Below are positions 21,689 to 34,209 of a stretch of 64,000 bases of DNA, in pieces. Below the pieces are notes generated by a model. It worked only from the letters and a program-made list of their open reading frames with translations. It was not told the origin of the DNA and searched no databases. The translations under genes and the position numbers were made by a program. Origin of the DNA: Nymphaea colorata (Eukaryota). How positions within the stretch are numbered: position 1 is the stretch's first letter; the number at the start of each line of letters is the position of its first letter. Where the stretch lies: positions 3,534,001 to 3,598,000 of the forward strand of contig NC_045138.2 of assembly GCF_008831285.2 (NCBI RefSeq), given 5' to 3'.

Positions 21689-24600
21689 ATGGTGGTCAAC
21701 AACCCGAGGCCGTGCAAGAGGCTCAAGAGGAGGGTGACGGCCGAGCTATTCGACCTTCGCGGCTTCCCCCCTCCCGGCTTCGCCGATCTATACGGTCCCG
21801 CGCCCTTCCGCACAAGCATCCGATCCTTCCTGTCGAGGTTCGTGGGTTCCCCCCAGACGCCGGCCTCGCTCCTCCCGTCCCCAAATCTGAGGGCTTGGCA
21901 GATCGTCTTCCAGGTCGGTGGGGGGGAGATCGACGGCGGAGCTGCCGCCGTCACGCTCAACGTCGTCGAGGAAGACGTCTCTCTGTCCAGATCCGTCTAT
22001 TGCGACCACTGTCGCGTCGTCGGTACGTCTCTCTCTCCTTCCTTCCGACGCGCGAGACCGCCTGATCTGACGGTTTCCGGCCATAGGGCGCGGTTTTCCG
22101 GCCAGATCTGGTTTTTACCTTTCTTTCCCGTCAATTTTTTCGGCCGGTAGAGGCTCCGGCTTTCGGTCACGAGCACCAATAGGGTCAAGACACGTGTGCT
22201 GGCAGTTCTCATCATGTTCGTCATTGTACAAGTTGACTGGGGCTGTTTTAGGAAAAATGTTAACTAGAACGTTCCGTCTGTTCTGGCTTAAAGGAAACGA
22301 CGCCCAATTCATTGTTTGTGACGAAAACGCCCTCCGGGTTTTGGTGTCGTGGCTCCTTGTGTCCGCCATTAGATTGACGAAATTGGCCCTGGCGCCTCTC
22401 TGCCAGCATCTTTCCCGCTCTTTTCCTTTTTCTGCAAGGAAAAAGAATTCGGCCCATAAACGGAGACTGAGAGGAGGACCGACCCCACTACATGCAGGTG
22501 GGTCCAGGGCGATAGGCTCGTACTTAGCGACTTGTTCCCGTCTGGATATTTGGGTTCTTTATACTATAGAGGCTCAACCTGTGACTTCTATAGTTGTTAA
22601 TGTTCTTTTTTACTAGCTTTTTTTTACTGAGGTACATGGTAGGTCCAATTAGACGTCGAGCTGGTCCATGTCACCATCCGGTCCCTTCTTTTGTTTCTCT
22701 GTTTTTTTAATGCTCGGGCTGCTGATGGTGGGTTGGAGTTGGGTTGGCTTTCTACCGTCGTGCTTACAGTTTGTGTAATTTGGAATCGCAGGGTGGAGCT
22801 CACATCCTGTGTGTAACACTCGTTATCACTTCATCATTCGAGCAGACAACAGTTCCTTGGATGGGTATCCGCAAACATGTACGGGGTGTGGATCATGCCT
22901 CCCTTCTCTCAATTCAAGGCAAGGTTTCTTCTTCTCCTTTCTTTCTTGCTGCCTTATACTAGTGCTTTCTGCTCTTCTCGTTTCATCTTAGGAAATCTCT
23001 TTTTCTCCCGTACGTTCATATGGAGTGTGTCATAATCTCCCTGTCAACTAGGATTTTTTTAGTGATACATTTTTGTTTATTGGATTCCTTTCCGGTGGTT
23101 GGTTTGTCAAATGCGTTAGTGTGTGAAAACATATTGATCTTTGAGAGGTGGATCACTTGCGTTGTCAATTTGTTAAAACTTGACATTCCTATGATGAAAG
23201 TTCTTGATAGCAGAGCTTCGGCTGTATGCCTAAGGAGAGTGGTAGCACACTCATGTCGTCGAATTGTTTTTGAAGATTATTATAGTTCCTTCAGGATGAT
23301 TCTATTGTTGTTTGTTACATAGGACTGCCAAAGTCAATTGTTTCACTCGCTTGTGATCTTTAGGTGTAAATCGTGTCGTCACCAGATAACTGCGAATGAT
23401 CTGGAAGACTGGGCTTACCTTCAGTTGGACAATCCAACTCACCTGTTGCATGGAGTTGTCCACTCCAATGGCTACGGTCACCTTCTTAGAGTCAATGGAC
23501 GAGAAGGTGGCTCTAAGCTTCTATCAGGATGTGAAATCTTGGACTTCTGGGATAGGCTATGCAACATGCTTAGAGTCAGGTGAGATTTTGGAAGTTGGAT
23601 TGCTTTCATTTTAAATCATTGGAATGGTTTCCATAACTCTTTTATTTAATGGAGATTTTGCTTGCTTCTGTTTTCCTGGTTGAAGAAGTGTGCTTAATTT
23701 TCTTGTTTTGCTAGTTAATTACTCCTTAGTCAGTGTTTTGCTGATTTCCAAGACGGTTATTACAAGGTTAAATATTGTCGAAGAACTTACCAACATAACT
23801 AGGCATGGGCAATGTTTTCCTTCGCATAGGAACCCCTTATGTTGAAGTGGCGAAAGGTGGATCGCCTAGAGGGTACCTTGATCATCATGATTCAAATAAC
23901 CTGTGCTTTATAGCAAAGCTAACTACAAGTAATTGATTCTTGTGAACTTGGAGATCAAGGATCATTGCCTTGTAGCCTCAATAACAGATTTAACTTCCTC
24001 AACACCTCTGCTTCATTAATCGAACTTCTCACCCTCGCTGGGTGAAATTTATTAGTCAATTTGACTTGGTCCTCCTTAAAACCTTGTCAATATTCATCAG
24101 TAAATAGTAATATTCTATCCCTAAACCCATGTCAGCTTGATGAGTTCAGGGACCTTTGTCCTTTGCCTCTCCCGTTCTATCATGTTTCTCGCATGGCAGT
24201 CTCACACTTCACATTTTTTGGACTTGGAAGTAATCTCTTGGCTCAAGCGACTGTTGATGGACCTGTTTATAGAGTTAACAGTTCCCACCTTCCTGGTCCC
24301 TCCCATAACATAGGGGAGCACAGATGACAAGCCTTGAGCTTCCGGCCGTTTAAATTTTTGCTTATTGTTGGATTATTTTTTCTATAATTATGCTGTTTGG
24401 TGCTTGGACATTCTATCATCATTATACATGTCAGAAGTTCTGTAACTTGTCAAGTGAACTTAGTTTTCATATGTCAATGTAACTTACACATTGCTCTTAA
24501 GCTAGGTTTTCCTTTCATGTCTAAATGATGTTGCCTTGTATCTGAAGACAGGTGGAGAGAGCTATTTGAAAAAATATCACTTAAAAAGGGGGAAAAGAAC

Positions 24601-26950
24601 AATGAGTAAGATGGAGAGAAATATTTTGAAAAAGGAAGAAAAAAGAGGTGTTGGTAGAAGATATGAACATGCTAGAAAGAAAAGAGAATAAAAGAAAGAA
24701 AAAAGTAAAATAACTGGAAGAGGATGAGAAAATGCATGACATTACAAACAATATCATGGCTCATAAATGTTATGAGCTCAACATTCAAGAAGTAATTCGC
24801 CTTTCCATTCTCAGGACTCGACATGTGTCTGATCATTGGGAATATTGTTGTTAGTTACATGGTCATCGTAGATGCTTTTTGTCGCACACTTGGGCTGCCA
24901 AATTAAGATGGTGGTGTTTCTCGCTTGTTCTCTTGTTTTTCTTGTTTGGGGGCGCAAACAAGCTTTTTCTGAATAATGATGGATTCTACTAAGTATAAGC
25001 TGAAAAATCTGCTGTGAGCAAATTCTGTCCGTTTTACCGATACCTTTCGAGCAGGTTCTTGTTTATTTCTCCGGAGCATGTTTGTTTACGTGTCTGCCCA
25101 AAAGAAAAAAAAATGGGGAAATGGATTACTTAAGCTTCTAAGATTTACTGGGTTTTCTGCCTCTTCTCATCTAAGGGTAACACAAGTGATTCTTCTACTT
25201 CCATTGGACTCCTTTTAGACATGGAACTAGGAAAAGCTGTACTTTTATGCACGCACAGGCATGCGTAAGTGCCAAACTAGGTATCACAGTGTTTCCAGTT
25301 TGTAATGCATGGTGCTCGTCATATGAGCCATTTCAACCTTCTTAAGACATTCAGAATTTTGGCTGTAAAATTTCATCTATAGCCATATGTTGCGGCAAAC
25401 AGAAAAAAGTTTTGATTCATCAGTTCACTTATGTGCCCTTACTACGTGGAATTAACAGGAAGGTAAGCGTGATGGACGTCTCAAAGAAATATGGTCTGGA
25501 GTTTCGGTTGTTAAACGCAGTGGCCAAAGGCCGTCCTTGGTACGGCAATTGGGGCTATGAATTTGGTGCTGGGAGCTTTGCAATCTCCATTGATTCATAC
25601 TTTCAAGCTGTACGTGCAATCTCCAGTATCCCTCTGGAGCCATTCCTTGTAGAGGAACGGTCCCGTCGCACGCCACTATATGATATCATTTTCTTCTATT
25701 CCTCCCTCTCCACGAGTCCCTTGTCTACCCTCCAGGATTTAGTACTCTATATCATGACTTTGGTGCATGAAGCACGTAGTCAATCCTCTACTGCCTCTAA
25801 AAAGCCAGTAGGGACGGAGTTGAGCAGGTGGAGGGCGGACGACTTGAGCCAAATAGAGAGAGCCCTTATGAAGGTCCTTCAGGTGGCGACTACCTCTAGC
25901 TGGGTATCATACAAGAGTCTGGGAGGTGCCATTAGCCGAGCAAGAGATCCAGAATTGGTGGATTTTTGCTTGAAACGTTTGCCAGGAAGAACAGTAGGAG
26001 ACAAAGTTGTTTGCTCGCAGTTCAACCCAGCAACAAAAACTCTCGAGTACAGGTTTGCTAGCCTTCTTAATAGTAAACTATCGTATGCGTTGTTCTGCTG
26101 GAAAATTTTGATGATAAAGCGTTGAAAGCACTTGTGCAGGTTGCAAGCAAGAGATATTGTTCTTGGCAAGTCGGAATCTTGTGTAACTGCTGTACCTTCG
26201 GAAGAGCACCTGCTCCACGATCTTAGGTATGTGTACGAATCACTAGTACATCCACAAACGATGATGAACTACAGGCCGTTAGAGACAAGGGCACTCGCCA
26301 TGGATTCTGCTCGTAAGCTGCTAGATTGCAAGCAGTTTGTGAAGAGTTTTGAAGCCGAATATCGCAAAGAGCAACACTGTAATCCATTCATTACCACCTT
26401 GTTGTGCAAGGTTGAGCTGATTGATCAACCTGAGGGTTTCATATCACCTCCACCAGAGCTCATCAATCTTCCAAAATCTGCAACATTGTCTGATCTGAAG
26501 CTTGAAATTACCAAGTGTTTTAGGGATGTGTACATATTTTTCAGGCAGTTTCAGGTGGAGGAGCTGCCTGACTTTCGGCACATAGATGATTCCAGTCAGC
26601 TGAGTTTGCATTGCAGCAGCCTTAAGACCCCAATAGTTGCTCGAGGAAGATGCCCTGTCAACAGGAGCTTCTTTCAGTTTATAATGGAAAGGGGAACTGA
26701 TAGTTGGACGGTAGATTGCCAATGTGGTGCACAGGATGATGATGGTGAACGGATGTTGGCTTGTGACGTATGCGGGGTGTGGCAGCACACTCGTTGTGTT
26801 GGTATTCCAGATTTTGAAGAAGAACCAACAAAATTCGTTTGCAAAAAGTGCGGTGGTTGCCATAAAAGGAGCCTAGGAGGAGGAAGCTGCAAGCAAACTG
26901 CAAGGCCCAGAGCCAAGCTCGAGGGCTTATCAATCTCTAAAGTCAGATGA
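21689..26950 (+). CDS. PHD-finger protein, At1g33420/MMD1/MS1 family; exons 21689-22022, 22792-22918, 23364-23579, 25459-26052, 26140-26950 (693 aa)
   Basis: Spliced frame is continuous (2082 nt): MVVNNPRPCKRLKRRVTA, YCDHCRVVGWSSHPVC, HLLHGVVHSNGYGHLLRVNGREGGS, KVSVMDVSKKYG, and a C-terminal PHD (WTVDCQCGAQDDDGERMLACDVCGVWQHTRC...FVCKKC). Intron 2 requires a GC donor. Confidence 0.93.
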
Positions 26951-26958
26951 AGTTTCAT

Positions 26959-27154
26959 GGGTGATGATGGACAACGAATGTTGCGGGTTGTGGCACCACA
27001 CTCAGTGTGGCTATTCCAGATTTTGAAGGATCAGCAAAACTTGTTTGCAATAAGTGCAGTTGTTGCCAGAAACGGGACCTTGGAGGAGGAAGCTGCAAGC
27101 AAACCGCGAGGGCCAGATCAAGCTCGGGGCTTATCAATCTCTAGAGTCGGATGA
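26959..27154 (+). pseudogene. Degenerate tandem duplicate of the last ~215 bp of the PHD-finger CDS
   Basis: Aligns with about 26735-26950. Shared blocks include GATGATGG, TATTCCAGATTTTGAAG, GGAGGAGGAAGCTGCAAGCAAAC and GGGCTTATCAATCTCTA, with several frame-breaking indels. Confidence 0.9.
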
Positions 27155-27617
27155 TGTTCCGCCATCTGAGAATAGTGGGAGACAACGTTGTAAATAGTGA
27201 GCGGACTAGTTGCGCGATCCTGCAACTTGGCGAGAATGTAAAAACGCTTAGAGAAAAGAATTAAAAATCTTGAAATGAAGAAGGAGCTTTCCCATGACAC
27301 GTTGAACAAAAACAATTTTTTTATAATTTGTTTGGCAAAGTATTCGAGTTCGAACTAAATAAATAACGCCTCCTTCATGGTGAAACTGCTATCAACACTG
27401 CGACTCAGACTAAAAGGCTATCATCTATTATATTATAGAGTTTACATTAAACGGAGGTGATGATGCGTATTATGTAATTAAGATTATTTCTCTACTCTTA
27501 AGGCGGTGCTATTTTTTTGGCGCATGCATGTGATCGTATGCGTATGAGATGCACGTGAATATGCTACCATATGAGGGTGAGTATGACTTACATCTCAGAC
27601 ATGTCAGTGCGCCTCTT

Positions 27618-29652
27618 TCATCTTGGTCTGCTGGTTTCCTCATGCTTGGATGTTAATTGTGACCGCTCGTCCATTGCAACGAGAGTCAACGCCTTGTCCA
27701 ATGAAAGGCTTTTTACTGCATCACGCAACCTCGAGTATTTGACTACCACATCCTTGTACAAGCGGAGCAGAAGCTCAACCTCGTCGACCTTTAAGTCACC
27801 AACCTCTGCGTCCATAAAGGGATAGGCTTCATCTGTATACAATGGGTATTGTTAGTCAGCCACCACATCAGCTACCCATCGTCAGTTTTCACTGAGATGA
27901 ACATTTGGAAACGTCACACAGACAATCTCGGGCTTGAAGACCAAGTCTTGATCTCTCTTTTTTTGCCACGAAATCATTTTTCCTGGCCTGCATGTCAATC
28001 TATTTTTTGAATTAATAGAAGCTAGCCGTAAATATGACCTGGCATTGAAAGAGGTGACTAGAAGAGAACTTGCCCTTCATTCTCCTCATTTAGCGCACAT
28101 GCTGTCAAAAAAGAAGAAAAAAAAGGAAAAGGAGAATCAAGGCCATGCTTCCGTCCTTCCAGAAGAATACTCACCATGAACCTTGGCTTCAAAGATCTGC
28201 TGCCCAATCACGGGATCCAGTACATTGGATTGGAAAGTACCACGTTTTATTGTAGCGGATTGAGGTGGCTGCTTGGCGATGGATGACCTTGCAGCCTGCA
28301 TGCATCTCTCAAACTCATTTTCATCCATTGACAAGGATTGTGCATTTAATTCAATGATGAACGCCTCAACGGAAACCAGGTTGGTGAAATAATATGCAGC
28401 TTCTGACACAAGGCGGGACTGCCTCCTATAAAGTTGTATGTATTTAAGATTTGAGTGCAACTGAGGAGGATTTGCCTGCAAATGTACAGTAAATTCCATT
28501 TCATAACCAGCAGTGATAAGATTCGAGTGCTTGAGATGTCGTAAATAAAACTTTGGAGTCATGAATCTAAGCAATTTAAAAAAGAAGATATGCAAGATAA
28601 TTACACACTGGCCCGTCACACAACCAAAACCCCTACACAATGCCATCTTATTTGTTCAAATGCAACTTATCTACATGCATGGATGCATATACCCAGGGAA
28701 CTGGCAATCATTGCGGAATTCATACCGCAAATTCCATATAAGGGATCATAATGCAGGAGTTAATGTGGAGAAACTCTGTGATATGCCCAACTTAGGCATA
28801 AATGAAGGCATCTACCAATTTGCTATTCGACAATCCAAAGAGAAAATAACAGCTTATTCAAAAATACAAGTGCCTAGCGTGTTCAATCACATCAATAGGA
28901 TGAGCACATAAGAATGTCCTCTTCAAATCTGTATTGCCTGGAAAGAACATACATCAGATTGCAAAACAACTCCATGTAAAGTTACGATGAAGCAACAAAA
29001 AATGCCAAAGCACATCTACAGCTTACTGAATTAATGCCTAGTTATCTACCAACTGTACGGTTGATTAATATCTGATGGATGCAGTTCAAGAGCATGAAAC
29101 ACAAAAAGAAAGATGATATTTGGGGACCAATTACTAAATATTGAAATGCACAAAAGTGTAACCTTTTGAACAACACCAATGCATGTCACAAATGCAGAAA
29201 AATCATATTACCAATGAGATCTTGCCTTGATAGTAACATAGATGAGAACGGGAAGAAAGTCATCAGCCCCAGCTGGTTTGTGATTTGATGCCATTGACAC
29301 ATTTAGCAGTAAATTGTTGATAACACGACAACAACTGAAAATGCAGAGAAGTTTCTCACGTGGAGATTTGAACGCATTGGTTTTCTGCAATTCCTTTTCA
29401 GCAAGCTGAAAAGAAAGAAACAAAAATATTAAGCTTGTCCCATTTATACATTATTGCATATAAAGGGATAAACATCTGGACACAGAAATCAACTGGACAA
29501 GCTCTTGATCAACTATATCCAACACAAAGGCTCCAAAGGAATGCACTTACTCATACTCCAAAGTCCAAACAACTTACATGCTACTTTAGAATTGAAGAAG
29601 TTGTAGACCTGTGGTCAACTGGCATGGGAACAAGTTGGAAAATCAGAAACTA

Positions 29653-29729
<77 letters not shown>

Positions 29730-29977
29730 GACTGGACATGGTTGAAACCGTGTAGAATGCAGTCAACTCATTTTATGCCCTTTTTGTCAAATTTTGCACT
29801 CCATTAACGTTGATAGCATCTTGTCTCTTATTATAAACCCTTTGCATTTCATTTGTCTATGGTTGAGAGAGAAAGAAGTAAATGCTTTAAGCCATCTCAT
29901 TAATTACTTTTGTGGAAATATAACTCTTTTTGAGTTTTGATCCCATAATGAAAAGCAAATTTTCCTTCCTAGCCTGT

Positions 29978-30012
<35 letters not shown>

Positions 30013-33000
30013 GTGTGTGTGTGGGAGGGGGGGGTGAATCTTCACCCATAAAAATGTGTTATTGCGGCCTTATTCAGTTCAAATTCTAAGCTTTAACAAG
30101 TTCCTACTAGGTGTTACAATCATATCCTGTGGAGCCATACAGGAAAGTTATACAAGAAATATAATGACCCACATGTTTAATAATGTTTGGTCTTCAAATT
30201 TATGTAGGATAAAATTCTGAACTTTTTCTGTGCGAAATCTCCACAAGTCAAGAGGTGGCACATCATAGAAACTTTCTTAGAACATATCCAATTGTTGGTG
30301 TGACAGAAAAATGTTTGTTACAAAGCCATACGATCAGTAAGAAGTGCAACATGAGAATTGGTATCTGGAAACAATAAAAAACACTACTTACCAACCAAGA
30401 CGCTTCATTCTGGAAATATTTAGGTATGTCCAAGTGTTCTGGTTTAATGAAAGACTGCAGTAATTGTATTTTTTCCATTATCTCCATGTCACGCTTGGAA
30501 TCCTCAGGTACTGAAGCAAAGACCCGGTTGAACAGTTTTGCCATCAGATACTTCTCCAAGCCCTGAGATCAAAGATCGAAATTGGAATTAAAACATTGCA
30601 GATTGAACAACAGACCAGTTTAAGCAGAGCTTTACATAGTGCATCAACATAAGCTCAATAAAACCAAGTGTTTAACTGGTCAATGGCTATTGTACATCCT
30701 TTTCGTGTCCAACCCATAGCCCGTAATAAGTTAAATGACTTTCTGCAAGTCACATGTATTGGACTAATAGGAAGGTTTCAGCATTGTCATATTCTTTAGG
30801 CTCATAACTAACAAAGAACATCGCCAGCATCCAGCATTTTGAACCACAAACCTTGATGTTCTTATACCACCAGAATCAGCCAATTAACCTATTTGTGCAA
30901 TGCTAACTACCATTCCCGTTACGTAAATGAAAACCCTGCCACATGAATTCGAACAACACGGAACCTATTGCACGTTTCCCTTCCCAAAAGAGAAATATTT
31001 AGATCATGTGCGTTTTTCCTTGTGATTCTCCCAGTGTTGTACGATACGTACGATATACATGACTGATACGTACGATATGATACGTGTCTTTTACAAAATA
31101 CAATACGATACACGCCCCGTTTCGTACAATACGGACTGATTTCAAAAAATGAGGGCAGGAACCTCCCTTTTCGAGTTTTTTTTTATAAAAACCCGGCCCT
31201 TCTTCATTTTTAACCTAGAGATTACGCCGCCGTTGAGGGAAATTATCGATTTCCATCGTTAAATCATCGATTTTCAAAATGAAATCAACGATTAAACCAT
31301 GGATTTGTGCGTGGGTGGCTGATTCTCGTTGAGAGGAAAGAGCTTTTTTTAAATCGTGAAGATGAAAATGAAGAAGAAGATGGAGATGAGGATGAGAATG
31401 AATATGATGAAAATTATGAATGAGAGTCGAGAGTGCTTTCATTTTATATGTATTGACATTGAACATTTTCACAATTTTATTATCATCTTGTGATGTAATA
31501 CATAACATCTAAAACTTGTTTTTTGATGTGGTATCTCATAGACTTATGGACCTTATGGCTTATAAATCTATGTGTTTTTCATGAAGAACATATTATTCTT
31601 GTTTTTTACTGATTTTTTATGAATTTTTTGAATTTTTTTCCTATTTTTTATTATTTATTAAAAAAAACGATATGGTTACGATACGTTATGATATTTTACA
31701 ATACCATATCGTTTCTAACATATCTAATAGTTGAAGGAGGGAAAGATTGTGGCAATTTTCAAAAGGAATAATCAGTTTCACCATGAAATCGTCAATTTGA
31801 AGGTAGATTTATGCATGGATGATTGATTCTTGTTTACATAAAGAGGGTTTATATCTCTACGGAAGATGAAAATGAGAATGAGATGATAAAGATTATGAAT
31901 GAAGCTGTTTTCATTTGTTATTTGCATTAACAATGAACAATTTTGTCTAGTGATATGATGTATAGTATACGTAAAACTTGGTTTTTTATGTGTTATGGAT
32001 CTTATGACTTATGAGTTATTATGTAGAACATCTTATAAATTATGTTTCTTGGTGTCTTAGATCATGTTGGGTTACTACATGACATTATAACCACTTATTA
32101 ATGTTTGTGAAGTAACTTCATACCTGTAATAGATCTCCCATTATTTTTAACATGTTTTTTCATTAAAAAAACATAATTTTTATTTTTCTTGATTTATCCG
32201 ATTTTCTCTATTTTTTTCTATTTTTGAATTAAAAAAGAAACAATACACATTCGATGCATAATACTTTACGATACAAAGTATCTATTGGCTGGACCAATAT
32301 GCTTTTTACAACATTGGGTCAACCAGCTCATGTTGGACGTGAAATTTGAAACAAGGATAAAGTAAAACAAACTTTGAGTAGCCTAGGTAAAGGTACCATG
32401 TTCTTACCATATCTTTGTGATAATCTTGCCAATCTTACCAACTTTTGAGGACCATGTTAGAACTCTTCCGTATAGGGCAAACTTAAAGAGTATCCGAATA
32501 ATGAGAATGGCCAATCAGATATGGACAATGTCTTAGGCTCTTAGCTAAAAAACTGAATTGCACTTGAGGTCGTGGAAGAAATAATTTCCATGATGGTAGA
32601 GATCAAGGCTGATATGAACAAAGATACCATGGGCTGCTTCCTCATGCAAATATGCCACTTAATTGTAATGTGGGAATCAAGGGACTGTCTTCATGTGTTA
32701 TGTAATAAAACAGGGCATATCAAGACTGGTTGCAGGATTAACCCTCAAAGTAAAGGAAAGCACTGAGGTTGAGGTTAAGAAAGATGCTGAGAGAAGAAAA
32801 TCTAGTGAGATACACAACAACCTTATTGGTGGCACTTTCACAAATGAATGTTAAGTAGAACAATTAGGAAGTGTGGTACATGAATTCCAAAGCACTCATA
32901 CGTTCTCAATTCTTCCTTGCATTTGGTAAAAGCATTATTGTCACTGGAGATGGTACACATCACTCTTTGCACACTGGAAAGGCATTCATATCCTGTCAAA

Positions 33001-34155
33001 TTCTTCCATCAATTTGTTCAATGTTTTTCTTACTCATGATATCCAAAAGAATATTGCATTTTCCAATTTATCCTTGTATTTGGTAAAAGCATTACTGTTG
33101 CTGGAGATGGTACACATCATTCTTTTGCATACTGGAAAGGCAGTCATGTCCGGTCAAATTCTTCCATCAATTTGTTTGATGTTCTTCTTCAAAAAGAATA
33201 TTACCTCTATAGTTAAAGTTAAATTTACTGAAATTTATTTCCTCTTCTATGCATGTAAAAGATTTTCAATGAAGGAGACATTTGCTTCAGGAGAGCAACC
33301 AAGAAATATGAAGATCTTTAAGGATGATCACCTAATTCATGTTTCCTCAGCATTGAGGCTATTATTGGAGTTTCTCAGCACTACTTATTGTAACTGACTA
33401 ACTGCATTTCTTAAACATAACAAGATAAGTCCCTAATGTGGTCATCTTAGTCATTATATTTGTTCCTTTATCCAGAGGTTTATGTCTGACAATCTCATTC
33501 CATCATCTAAGTTGATTCTTGATTTTGAAGATAAGAAAAGTTCAAGTTGTCAACCATTTAAAAAGTCATGTTTTACTTACCAAATGAGAAAAGGAAAAAG
33601 AAAAAAAAGAAAGTGTTTTGGGACCTTTTGGAGCTGCTCATTCAGATGTATGGAGGTCTGCGCCTAAATGTTCCTCTTTTGACAATCAACATTATGTTCT
33701 TTTCTTGGACAGCTACTTTTGCTACACTTGGTTATATTTCATGAAATATAATGTAAGGTTTTTAATTTGTTCCAAACATTTCATGTCCTTGTCAAAAATA
33801 ATTTCTCTACAGACATTATGCATTTGCAATGTGATCAGAGTGGTGAATACTCTTCAACTGATTTTATTATTTTCCTTCAGAAAAATGGATAAAAGGGCCT
33901 CTAGACCACATACACCACACAAAAGAGTATAGATGAACATAGCTGAGCAATGAACATGATACAAGACAACAATGCTCCTGTTGGCCTGTGGATAGAGACT
34001 TCCATTCAGCTGCTGATGCCAAATAAGTCAACCTGTTTCACTCTTGTTGAACAATGCCCTTAGTTATAATGATCTATTGGTTTTTGCATGTATTGTGTCC
34101 ATGGTGACACAGCTTTGTTGGATAAGTTTCAGGACAAGTCATATAAGATCTGCCA

Positions 34156-34209
<54 letters not shown>

